Source: a bacterium (lineage in GTDB: Bacteria; UBP15; UBA6099). From it: a stretch of DNA of 64,000 nucleotides. The DNA lies in assembly GCA_029564595.1 (NCBI GenBank), contig JAKQPS010000018.1, positions 10,159 to 74,158 of the forward strand, read 5' to 3'. The notes beneath the pieces are model-generated. The model was not told where the DNA came from, made no database searches, and was given only the letters and a program-made list of their open reading frames with translations. Both the position numbers and the translations under genes were made by a program. Numbering within the stretch: the first letter of the stretch is position 1; every line of letters starts with the position of its first letter. Positions 9,191 to 18,290 of the stretch are shown piece after piece.

Positions 9191-9207
9191 GAGTCCCACT
9201 CTCTCCG
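9191..9207 (+). mobile_element. att core (tRNA 3'-end duplication, probably tRNA-Ser) marking the right end of an integrated island
   Basis: GAGT-CCCAC-TCTCTCC-G parses as T-loop end, T-stem 3' strand, acceptor 3' strand and discriminator G; the rest of the tRNA is absent; housekeeping genes follow. Confidence 0.7.
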
Positions 9208-9385
9208 TATAATAACTCTGAAGTGAATAAAGGCGATACGATATCATGTTTTGTTATGCGCCGCAGTTTGACGACGATGTTGCAGCGCGCGGTATTATCC
9301 CTGTTGTTTTATCCCGAATCCGTCGTTAGGATTCGGGAGCGATAGTTCAGAGCGGATGAAATGCGGAACGCAAGACGCGTTTTTA

Positions 9386-9453
9386 CAGTAGGAGCGGGGT
9401 TGCCCCGCCCCAAATTATCGTAGTTATTGGGCGCGGAAACCGCGCCCCTACTG
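9386..9453. repeat. Inverted pair of GTAG-family REP-like palindromes
   Basis: CAGTAGGAGCGGGGTTGCCCCGCCC ... GGGCGCGGAAACCGCGCCCCTACTG. Confidence 0.7.
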
Positions 9454-9758
9454 AACAAAAAAGGCGGCGTCAACGAAGCAGTTCGCCGCTGTGAAAACCG
9501 CCCCTGTTCGTCGGCTCTATCGACGAATCCGGGTTTATCGTCTCACGATAGAGATACGCTTTGAGCTTTATGCTTTAATGAATCCGAACCGGCATTGATT
9601 GCCTAACTGAAAGCATCCCGGTTGAAATTTATTAAAATGCTTGATAATTCTTCGCCCGTTAGAGTAAAGTAGTCTAGCCGGAGCGACCCGGCAGGTTATT
9701 AATAGATTACTTTCAGAGATTTGGGCGCGCGTCGCGCCCGCACATCCGGAGGTGAAAT

Positions 9759-10904
9759 ATGGCAAGAAGAGTTGCCGTTTGCGCTGTGGCGCAGACAGGG
9801 TTCGTTTCCAACATGTGGCAAAAGCGTTTCCAGCAGATGTGCTTCGAGACTGTCGAAAGCATTGTCAAACAGACTGGCGTCGACTGGAACGAGGAAACGG
9901 GCATCAGAAACATCGTGACATGTTCCGACGACGTTTTCGACGCGCGCACCATATCGGACAACGGAATAACAGACGCCGTCGGCGCGCATTTCAGAGGCGA
10001 GGAGAAAACGGCTCAGGACGGCATCAACGCCATCGCTTACGCCATGGCGTGCATCATGTCCGGCCATGACGATGTCGTGCTCGTTGTGGGACACACGAAG
10101 GAATCCCAAACCGAAAGCCGGAACATGTGCTCTAACCTCGCGTTCGACCCGTTCTACTGCCGGGATCTGGGGCTAGACTTCGAAAAAGGCGCGGCGCTCC
10201 AAGCCAGAGCCTACGCGCTGAAATCTGGAATATCCGAAACGCAACTTGCAAAAGCTGTTGTCAACGCGCGGCGCAATGCCGCCAAGAATCCGCTCGCGAA
10301 CGCGCGGGAACTGGTCACCGTCGAACAAGTTGTCAATTCTCCAATGTTGTGCGACCCGATTCGCGCTCTCCACGCGTACCCTGTTTCCGACGGGGCCGTC
10401 GCTATGCTGCTGGCGGCAGAGGACAAATATAAGGAATACACGGACAAGCCGGTATGGCTCACAGGCTGGTCGAACTGCATGGACAGCTATTTCTTCGGAG
10501 ATAGGGACCTTGCCTCGAATTTCTCTCTTAAGAAGGCGTCCGCCGCCGCGCTCAAGATGGCCGGGGTGTCCGACGCAAAGGGCGCGTTCGACGTTGTCGA
10601 GATAAACGACGCTTACGCGTATCAACTTGCAATGTGGGCCGAGGGCCTCGGCCTTTGCGACGAGAACAAAGGCGGCGAATGGATAGAGAGCGGCATTCTT
10701 GAAACGGGAAAAATCAATCCGTCGGGAGGGATGCTGGCGGGCAATCCTATAATGCTGGGCGGGTTGGCGAGAGCGGCTGAAGCAGTTATTCAACTGCGTG
10801 GCGAAGCGGGCGAAAGGCAAGTCGCCGGAGCCAAGCGCGCTGTCGCTCAAGGCACGACCGGCCCTGCCGGACAACATCAGGCAGTCATGATTCTCGAAAA
10901 CTGA
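9759..10904 (+). CDS. Thiolase-superfamily (SCP2/SCPx-type) protein, Ltp4-like
   Basis: PVSDGAVA, DVVEIND, INPSGG, QLRGEAGERQV motifs; no Cys at the usual nucleophile position; GGAGGT RBS. Confidence 0.85.
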   Translation: MARRVAVCAVAQTGFVSNMWQKRFQQMCFETVESIVKQTGVDWNEETGIRNIVTCSDDVFDARTISDNGITDAVGAHFRGEEKTAQDGINAIAYAMACIMSGHDDVVLVVGHTKESQTESRNMCSNLAFDPFYCRDLGLDFEKGAALQARAYALKSGISETQLAKAVVNARRNAAKNPLANARELVTVEQVVNSPMLCDPIRALHAYPVSDGAVAMLLAAEDKYKEYTDKPVWLTGWSNCMDSYFFGDRDLASNFSLKKASAAALKMAGVSDAKGAFDVVEINDAYAYQLAMWAEGLGLCDENKGGEWIESGILETGKINPSGGMLAGNPIMLGGLARAAEAVIQLRGEAGERQVAGAKRAVAQGTTGPAGQHQAVMILEN

Positions 10905-10920
10905 GCGGGAGGTGAAACCC

Positions 10921-12126
10921 ATGAAGAAACATAAAAAGAACAGAAACGTGGCGATAATCGGAATCGGGCAGACTCACCACTCGAGCCACCGAGAAGACGT
11001 CAATCAGCCGGAAATGATTCATGAAGCGGTGGAACGGGCTCTGAAGGACGCCGGGATCGGCATCGAAGACGTGGACGCTCTGGTTCACGGCAACATGGAA
11101 TTGTTCGAGATGGTGCATCAGCCCGACCTCTGGCACGTCATCGGCACAGGCGGCTACGGCAAAGCCTGTTACCGCGTCACCACAGGAGGAACGACCGGAG
11201 CCACCATCGTCGGCGTCGGAGACAATATCGTGGCTTCCGGTCTCCATGACATAGTGATGATCATCGGGTTTGAGAAGCAGCAGGAAGGGCACACCACGGG
11301 CGGCATAACGAATATGGCTGACCCGCTCTGGGCGCGCAACCTGCAGACCGGAGCGCTGACAGGAGCCACAGCGGAAAAAACAATCAACGAGTTCGGCGCG
11401 GACAGAGCGAAGCGCGCCGCTATGAGGCTCCGCGTTACTCTGGACAAACACGCATCGCTCAACCCGCACGCGCACCGCAACTTCGGACTTGACTACGACC
11501 AGATTGACGACCTCATGGTCAACTCCCCGCAGCTTGTCGGCGAATTGCGACTTATCCACATGTGTTCTCAGAGCGATGGCGCGGTCGCCATCATCCTCGC
11601 CTGCGAAGAAAAAGCGAAAAAGATATCCAAGAAACCCGTATGGATACGCGACCATGTCACCGTCCATAGAGAAGAAACTTTCAACATGTTCGGCATCAAC
11701 GAGAATCAGGAAGTCACCCACCACAACGCGGCGCGCAAGCTCTTCGGCCGCAACGGCATAACTAATCCGAGGGAATATTTCGACGTGTTCGAGATGTACG
11801 ACCCGTCCTCGTGGTGGGGCTTGGACTGGCTGAGGGAGTTCCTCCAACTCGAAGGAGACGAACACCTTAAGATGGTGGAAAACGACGAGGTGTCAATAAA
11901 CGGCTCGTTCCCGCTGAACCCGTCGGGGGGAGTCATATCGACGAATCCAATCGGGGCGACGGCGGCGCTGAGAGTGGCCGAAGCGGCCCTTCAGGTGAGA
12001 GGCGACGCCGGCGCGCATCAGATCCCGCGCGAGGTGAAACACGCCCTCGCATCCGGTTTCGGAGGCACTTTCTGGACCGTTCTGTTCATGCTTGAAAAAG
12101 ACCTTGACTGGCAGGAGGCTGAGTGA
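10921..12126 (+). CDS. Thiolase-superfamily (SCP2/SCPx-type) protein, Ltp3-like
   Basis: VAIIGIGQT start, RVTTGGTTG, SDGAVA, EMYDP, LNPSGGVISTNPIGAT, QVRGDAGAHQ. Confidence 0.85.
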   Translation: MKKHKKNRNVAIIGIGQTHHSSHREDVNQPEMIHEAVERALKDAGIGIEDVDALVHGNMELFEMVHQPDLWHVIGTGGYGKACYRVTTGGTTGATIVGVGDNIVASGLHDIVMIIGFEKQQEGHTTGGITNMADPLWARNLQTGALTGATAEKTINEFGADRAKRAAMRLRVTLDKHASLNPHAHRNFGLDYDQIDDLMVNSPQLVGELRLIHMCSQSDGAVAIILACEEKAKKISKKPVWIRDHVTVHREETFNMFGINENQEVTHHNAARKLFGRNGITNPREYFDVFEMYDPSSWWGLDWLREFLQLEGDEHLKMVENDEVSINGSFPLNPSGGVISTNPIGATAALRVAEAALQVRGDAGAHQIPREVKHALASGFGGTFWTVLFMLEKDLDWQEAE

Positions 12127-12127
12127 C

Positions 12128-13288
12128 ATGGCCAAATACTTTGATGTAAGCGTGGAAGATATTTTCAACACAATGGAAGCCCGGTTTCGCGTCGAAGGCG
12201 CGAAGGGCGTCAACGCCGTCCTCGCGTACGATATCTCAGGCGACGGCGGCGGCAAATGGCTGGTGGAAGTCCGCGACGACTCCGTTAAAGTCGCCAAGAC
12301 GGACGACCTCTCCGGCTTCTCCGTCAAAACGTCAGCCGACGCGGAGACCTTCGTCGGCGTGAACATCGGCAAGATCGACGGCACGCAGGCTTTTATGTCC
12401 GGCAAGATAAAGATCGAGGGCGACATGGCGCTGGTCGCCGCGTCCGCCAAAATGTTCACCAGATATTCCCTGCCCAAGAAAAGCGCCGTCACCGTTCAGG
12501 GAATATTCGACACTCTGGTGGCGCGTTTCCAGCCGCAAAACGCCGCCGGACTGGATATCTCAGTGGGATACGACATCACAGGCGAAGACGGCGGACAGTG
12601 GACCGCCGTCATAAAAGACGGCAAATGCGCGCTCGAAACCGGTCTGCGCGACAACTGCGCCGTCGTCAACATCGTCAAAGCCAAAGACTACATCGATTTG
12701 ATCCTCGGCAAGCTGGACCCGATGGTGGCAATGGGCGCGGGAAGGCTGAAACTTAAAGGCGATATGAACGTGGCGATGCAACTGCCGAAAATATTCGCCA
12801 AGTTCGAGCCGCCCAAGGAAGAGGAAGAGCAGGAACTGATTGTCATAAAGAGAAATATATCGGTTGACATGAAGTATTCCACCGGGCCGGTGATGGGCAA
12901 GTTCTTCGAGGGGCTTATCGAAAAGAAGATACTCGCGAACAAGTGTCCGAAGTGCGGCCGCATGCAGGTTCCGCCGCGCGAGGTGTGCGCGGAATGCCGC
13001 TGCTGGGCGGGCGACATGATAGAGGTCGGGCCGTCGGGCACGATAACTCTCATCGAGATCATTTACTACTCCAGCCCCGACCCGCTCACGGGCGAAACCC
13101 GCGAGACTCCTTACGCTCAGGTTCACATATTGCTGGACGGCATCGGCACAGAAGAAACATTCTGGCATCTGCTGAAAAACGAGGACCTCGCGGACACCAA
13201 AAAAGGCGACCGCGTGCGCCCCGTGTGGAGCGACAAACGCGTCGGCTCCGTTCACGATATTATTCACTTTGAAAGAATCAGAGACTGA
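12128..13288 (+). CDS. Tandem SCP2 sterol/lipid-binding domains fused to a Zn-ribbon/OB-fold (DUF35) domain
   Basis: Two repeats of YDIxGxxGGxW...(G)K/RLKxxGDM; then CPKC..PPREVCAEC and GDRVRPVW. Confidence 0.85.
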   Translation: MAKYFDVSVEDIFNTMEARFRVEGAKGVNAVLAYDISGDGGGKWLVEVRDDSVKVAKTDDLSGFSVKTSADAETFVGVNIGKIDGTQAFMSGKIKIEGDMALVAASAKMFTRYSLPKKSAVTVQGIFDTLVARFQPQNAAGLDISVGYDITGEDGGQWTAVIKDGKCALETGLRDNCAVVNIVKAKDYIDLILGKLDPMVAMGAGRLKLKGDMNVAMQLPKIFAKFEPPKEEEEQELIVIKRNISVDMKYSTGPVMGKFFEGLIEKKILANKCPKCGRMQVPPREVCAECRCWAGDMIEVGPSGTITLIEIIYYSSPDPLTGETRETPYAQVHILLDGIGTEETFWHLLKNEDLADTKKGDRVRPVWSDKRVGSVHDIIHFERIRD

Positions 13289-13314
13289 CGAGCATTCCGA
13301 AAGGAGCAACGGCC

Positions 13315-13773
13315 ATGACTGAAGAAAACAAGCATTGCTACATAAAAGAGGGCAAGCTCGCCCTGCCCTACCAGTATTTCGCAGGGCGCGTCGGCAGCAA
13401 GTTCCTTGTCTCGCTTCGCGACAAAAAGAAAATCCTCGGCGTGAAATGCGAAAAGTGCGGCAAAGTGTTTATACCCCCGCGCAAGACTTGCGAACGCTGC
13501 TTCGAGGATATATCCGAAAAATGGGTCGAGCTTTCCAACGAAGGCGAAGTGACCAACTTCACCGTTGTGAGAACCGACGATAAGCACCATCCGAGAAAAG
13601 CGCCTTATGTTCTTGCCATGATAAAACTCGGCGGCGCGGACACGCCCATCGCGCACATCCTCGGCGGCGTAGACCCCGACTCGGTGAAAACAGGAATGAA
13701 AGTCAAAGCGGTGTTCGCCGACAAAGCCGTCAACACGATGTTGCAGATTGACAGGTTCGAGCCGGTCAACTGA
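13315..13773 (+). CDS. Zn-ribbon/OB-fold DUF35 protein
   Basis: CEKC..PPRKTCERC, GEVTNFTVV, GMKVKAVF. Confidence 0.88.
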   Translation: MTEENKHCYIKEGKLALPYQYFAGRVGSKFLVSLRDKKKILGVKCEKCGKVFIPPRKTCERCFEDISEKWVELSNEGEVTNFTVVRTDDKHHPRKAPYVLAMIKLGGADTPIAHILGGVDPDSVKTGMKVKAVFADKAVNTMLQIDRFEPVN

Positions 13774-13789
13774 TAACTAAATAGCGATT

Positions 13790-14419
13790 TTACCGTTCGG
13801 CGACGACTCTATTGACGAGCCGCCCAATGCCGTCTATCTCGACTGCCGCCTCGTCTCCCGGCGACATCGGACCGACTCCCGACGGAGTGCCAGTCGCTAT
13901 AACATCGCCCTTCTCAAGCGTCATCACGCCGCTGACGAACTCGATTATTTTTTCCACTGTGAATATCAGATTGCCCGTGTGCGATTTCTGTTTTAGTTCC
14001 CCGTTCAGATAGCATCTCACGCCAACCGCTCCGGGGTCAATCTCGTCCGTAACCAACGGCCCGATGGGGCAAAAAGTGTCGAAACTTTTCGCCCGCGTCC
14101 ACTGCCCGTCTCTTCCCTGCATGTGCCTCTCCGTCACGTCGTTGACGCAGGTAAAACCCTCAATGAAGTCCATAGCGTCTTCGGCGCGGACTCTCTTGCA
14201 ATCGCGTCCAATCACAACGCCCAACTCGGCCTCGTAGTCCACCCGCGTCGCTCCCTTTGGATAGACGATTAATCCGCCGTCGTGGATGACCGCCGTGGAG
14301 GGCTTTATAAATAGTATCGGCTCCTGCGGCAACGGCATGTTAAACTCCGTGGCGTGGTCTCTGTAGTTCAATCCAACCGCCACAACTTTCCCCGGCTTGT
14401 CTTTGTATTCTCTAATCAA
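13790..14419 (-). CDS. Fumarylacetoacetate hydrolase family protein
   Basis: VGLNYRDH, DYEAEL, NDVTER, KSFDTFCPIGP, GDVIATGTPSGVG; TTG start after GGGAGG preferred (ORF extends to 14443). Confidence 0.92.
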   Translation of the reverse strand: MIREYKDKPGKVVAVGLNYRDHATEFNMPLPQEPILFIKPSTAVIHDGGLIVYPKGATRVDYEAELGVVIGRDCKRVRAEDAMDFIEGFTCVNDVTERHMQGRDGQWTRAKSFDTFCPIGPLVTDEIDPGAVGVRCYLNGELKQKSHTGNLIFTVEKIIEFVSGVMTLEKGDVIATGTPSGVGPMSPGDEAAVEIDGIGRLVNRVVAER

Positions 14420-14582
14420 GTTGCCCTCCCGCGCGCAGCGCACATCTTATATACCACACATCCCTGCGCCGCACAACACCGGCGGCGCATCCGTATTTCG
14501 GCTGCGTATTGATTATCCCTCCTTATCATGATAAAAATAGTGGCGATAAATCGTTAAGGATGAGATTCATCCGAAAGTCAGT

Positions 14583-16256
14583 ATGAACCAGATAGATTGG
14601 TCCCACATCGTTTTCAACCTGCTCGGCGGACTTGGCATTTTCCTTTTCGGCATCAAAACCATGTCGTCGGGGATGCAGCAACTCGCCGGGAATCGAATAA
14701 AGCGGACATTCGACAAACTGACAAACAACCGGTTTGTCGGCCTGTTGGTCGGACTTTCCGTCACCGCGATTATACAGTCAAGCTCGGCTACGACCGTGAT
14801 GATAGTCGGATTCATAAACGCCGGGCTGATGGAACTGTCCAGCGCTGTGGGCATCATCCTCGGCGCCAACATCGGAACAACTATAACTTCATGGATAATA
14901 GTGATAAAGATAACGCGCTATGCGATGCCTATAGTCGGCATAGGCGCTTTGCTGGCTCTTTTCTCAAAGAATAAACGAGTCAAGACATGGGGCGAGTCCC
15001 TGCTCGGCTTCGGACTTCTTTTCATGGGTCTTAAACTCATGGAGACGGCGTTCATGCCGTTGAGAGAGAACGAGCAGTTCATAACATTCTTCGCGCAATT
15101 CGGAGCGGCTAGCTTCCCGCAGATTCTCAAAAGCGTCCTCGCCGGCCTGCTGCTTACAATGATCGTTCAGTCCAGTTCTGCGACAATCGGCATAACCATC
15201 GCCTTGGCGAATCAGGGGCTGCTGACCTACGAAGCCGCCGCCGCTCTCGTGCTCGGCGAAAACATCGGAACCACCATCACCATGGAACTTGCTTCCATAG
15301 GCGCCAACATTTCAGCAAAAAGAGCCGCTCGCATTCATACGCTCTTCAACGTCATCGGCGTCACTTATATGGTTTTTGTCTTTCCATACTATATAAAACT
15401 CATCGACCACATCGTGCCGGGGGGAATGAACCATGTTGCTGCTGACGGCACGCGACCGTATATCGCCGCGCACATCGCCGCCGGACATTCCGTATTCAAT
15501 ATTTTCAACTCTCTGGTTTTTCTCTTTGCCGCCGGGCTTCTCATCAAGCTGGTGACTTTGCTTATCCCCGGCGACAAGGATAAATCCGATCACAAACTCG
15601 AATACATTGATTACAGTTTCATCTCCGCGCCGGCGATAGCTCTCGGCCAGTCGAAAAAAGAAATCATCAAGATGTCCGGCATGGTCATAGACATGTTCAA
15701 GTGGAACTCGGACATGCTGGTCACCCAGTCGCTCGACCAAGACAAAGTCGAGCGATTGTTCAAATACGAGAATATCACAGACTCTCTTCAGGCTGAAATC
15801 TCGAAGTTCCTCGCGCAACTTCTTCAGAGCGGCCCCGGCCCCGATCACGCGGAAGAAGCTCGCAGATATCTCAGAGTTACCGACGAGTTGGAATCTATCG
15901 GCGACTACTGCGAACAGTTGGCAAAATACTGCGTCCGCAAAGAACAGCAGAATGTGGTTTTCACTGAAAGCGCCTCTCAAGGACTGCTGGATTCGCATAG
16001 AGAACTGCTCGAATACCTTGAGATGTGCATGCTTTGTTTCATAGAAGAAAAAGCGCGCAACCGACACGAGGCCGACTCAAGAAGCAAATCCCTTCAGAAA
16101 ACAATAAAAAGGTTGAAGGACGACCATGTCGAAAGGCTTAACAGAGGCGAATGCGACGTCGTCCCCGGACTCCTGTACAACGACATTCTCACAGCATTCC
16201 AGAAAATTCGATCCCACTCCCACAACATAGCCGAAGCCATAATCGGATTGAAATGA
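14583..16256 (+). CDS. Na/Pi cotransporter family protein with C-terminal PhoU domains
   Basis: Two QSSSAT...GxNIGTT repeats; helical C-terminus with ELESIGD. Confidence 0.92.
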   Translation: MNQIDWSHIVFNLLGGLGIFLFGIKTMSSGMQQLAGNRIKRTFDKLTNNRFVGLLVGLSVTAIIQSSSATTVMIVGFINAGLMELSSAVGIILGANIGTTITSWIIVIKITRYAMPIVGIGALLALFSKNKRVKTWGESLLGFGLLFMGLKLMETAFMPLRENEQFITFFAQFGAASFPQILKSVLAGLLLTMIVQSSSATIGITIALANQGLLTYEAAAALVLGENIGTTITMELASIGANISAKRAARIHTLFNVIGVTYMVFVFPYYIKLIDHIVPGGMNHVAADGTRPYIAAHIAAGHSVFNIFNSLVFLFAAGLLIKLVTLLIPGDKDKSDHKLEYIDYSFISAPAIALGQSKKEIIKMSGMVIDMFKWNSDMLVTQSLDQDKVERLFKYENITDSLQAEISKFLAQLLQSGPGPDHAEEARRYLRVTDELESIGDYCEQLAKYCVRKEQQNVVFTESASQGLLDSHRELLEYLEMCMLCFIEEKARNRHEADSRSKSLQKTIKRLKDDHVERLNRGECDVVPGLLYNDILTAFQKIRSHSHNIAEAIIGLK

Positions 16257-16281
16257 CAGGCGATTGTATTTTTTCAGAAAT

Positions 16282-18159
16282 TCAGGCTCTTGGAAGAACA
16301 ATTATTATCCGTGATCCGCGACCCGGTTCGGACTCAGCGGTTATCTTGCCTCCGTGCGCGGCCACGATATTGTAGCTTATCGCAAGCCCCATCCCTGTTC
16401 CCACGGCGGACTGTTTGGTTGTGAAAAAAGGATTGAAGATTTTTGAGAGGTCTTCCTGATTAATGCCGCAGCCAGTGTCTTCGATTACGATTTCAACACT
16501 ATTTTCGTTCTGAGCAAGCCGGGTCGACGCTTTCAAGACCTTCCGTTCGGAATCCAGCATAGCGTGAGAGGCGTTCAGCATGACATTCAGAAATACCTGA
16601 CGAAGCTTATTGTCGTCCGCGCTGACAATCAACGGCCCGCCCTCCCAGTAGTCCGGTTCGAACGATATTCCCGCGTTCTTAAACTGATGCCTGAGCAGCG
16701 CGGCGGTTTTCGACACAATCTCGCCCGCGTCTACTTGCTCGAAAACATAGTCTCTTTCTTTAGCGAACGACATCAGGTCGTTCACCTTTTCCGCAATCCT
16801 GTCCAACTCCTCGAGAATAATTTCAGCTTCGGCCCTCAACTCCGGGTCCAGCCCCTCGCGCCGCAAAATCAACTGCACATACGTTGAAATAATAGCGAGA
16901 GGATTGTTTATCTCGTGAGCTATGCCTGCTGACAACTGTCCCATCGCTTGGAACCTGTCCGCCACAGCCATCCTCTGATACATAGATTTAATCTCATTGA
17001 GCCGCATCTCCAGCCTTGTCGTCATGTTCAGAAAGGATTCCGACAAATCCCCAATTTCGTCTCCGCGACGCGCGAACTTGTTCCGCAGATTTTCGAAAGA
17101 AGAGCGAAGCTTGCTCATGTCCTCGCTCGCCTCTTCGATGCTCGAATACTCGCCCGAAGCTTTCATCTCCCACACGCTTGAAGCAGTCTGCGCTATCAGC
17201 GCGAGCGGTCTTGTCATGTTGCGCGCCGTCAGAACCCCCGCCGCCGCCGCCGCTGCCGTGAACCCCAGAATAATAAGCCCGAACAGATTCCGCGTGCGTT
17301 CCGCCGATTTCGTTATCGATTTCATCGAATATCCTATGCGGACCGCGCCCAGCGCCGTGTTCCCGTCTCTGCACAGCGCGGAGACTTCCACCATCCTGCC
17401 GCGTTCCTGAGTCTCTCCTATCTCCTGAACGATGAACGGCCTCAATAGGCTGACTTCCGCCGCGCCCGCAGCCAGCTCATCAGTGATGTATTCCTTAAAT
17501 TCATCCGTCCTGTATTCGTAATAGACCTCGCCGGAAGGCCCTGTGACGATTGCGTAAAGCGCGTCTGAAGCCTCTTCAATCATCTTCCTGACCATCAGTT
17601 CGATCTGGAAAAAATCCTCCTCGGCAAGATGATGCGCGGCGAGCGCCGCTACCGCATATCCGAGAACGAGCAACTGTTCCGTTTCCTCGCTCTCAAGCGC
17701 GGGCCGGGGATCGAAATATACCTCGACTTCGCCTGTAATTACTCCTTCCGATTCTATTTTTGCCGCGACGCTTTTCAAATTTTTTCCATCGTCGCCGGGA
17801 CTCTTCCTAAAGGAGTAAACCGTCGCGCCGTCCGCATTCCTGATATCGCAGCCTGAAAGAGCCGCGCCCGACTCGACCGCCCCCCGCAACAAGCCCTCCG
17901 CCACAAGCGCCGCCCTCTCTTCCTGCCCGGCGGACACCATCACGTTCGTCATCCCGTGCGAGATGGACGCCGCGAGTATTCTTGCGCTCCCCTCTCTCTG
18001 TTCCAGCCATATCCTCCTCGTCCTCATGTCTACGCCCTTATACACAATCGCAGCGGCTAGAAACACAACCACTCCGAATAGAGCGGACAACCGCGTCGCC
18101 GTGGCGAGCCTTATTCTTTTCACTCTCGTATCGTTCACGCGCGAACCGCCGTCTCTCAT
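16282..18159 (-). CDS. Membrane sensor histidine kinase (HAMP-HisKA-HATPase, NtrB-like)
   Basis: AHEINNPL H-box, QVFLNVMLNA, DTGCGI, FNPFFTTK, GTGMGL; N-terminal TM segments. Confidence 0.93.
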   Translation of the reverse strand: MRDGGSRVNDTRVKRIRLATATRLSALFGVVVFLAAAIVYKGVDMRTRRIWLEQREGSARILAASISHGMTNVMVSAGQEERAALVAEGLLRGAVESGAALSGCDIRNADGATVYSFRKSPGDDGKNLKSVAAKIESEGVITGEVEVYFDPRPALESEETEQLLVLGYAVAALAAHHLAEEDFFQIELMVRKMIEEASDALYAIVTGPSGEVYYEYRTDEFKEYITDELAAGAAEVSLLRPFIVQEIGETQERGRMVEVSALCRDGNTALGAVRIGYSMKSITKSAERTRNLFGLIILGFTAAAAAAGVLTARNMTRPLALIAQTASSVWEMKASGEYSSIEEASEDMSKLRSSFENLRNKFARRGDEIGDLSESFLNMTTRLEMRLNEIKSMYQRMAVADRFQAMGQLSAGIAHEINNPLAIISTYVQLILRREGLDPELRAEAEIILEELDRIAEKVNDLMSFAKERDYVFEQVDAGEIVSKTAALLRHQFKNAGISFEPDYWEGGPLIVSADDNKLRQVFLNVMLNASHAMLDSERKVLKASTRLAQNENSVEIVIEDTGCGINQEDLSKIFNPFFTTKQSAVGTGMGLAISYNIVAAHGGKITAESEPGRGSRIIIVLPRA

Positions 18160-18290
18160 TTCGACGCCTCAAACATCCCGGCGCTCATTGCCGCATGTCA
18201 ACCACGCGGACGTTTTTAAGCGTAATATTAGTTTACACGGCGTCCCGCTAATTGTAAAATATTAGAGAATACGAGAACGCAAATCATCTC

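Larger units (their letters stand above)
1..9207. mobile_element. Right part of a tRNA-integrated genomic/defence island
   Basis: R-M, DUF3800 and RT cargo, patchy base composition, terminal att-like fragment; integrase not in window. Confidence 0.65.

Noticed and set aside
9191-9207. Complete tRNA gene
   Set aside because: Only the last 17 nt fit; upstream sequence cannot form D, anticodon or T arms.
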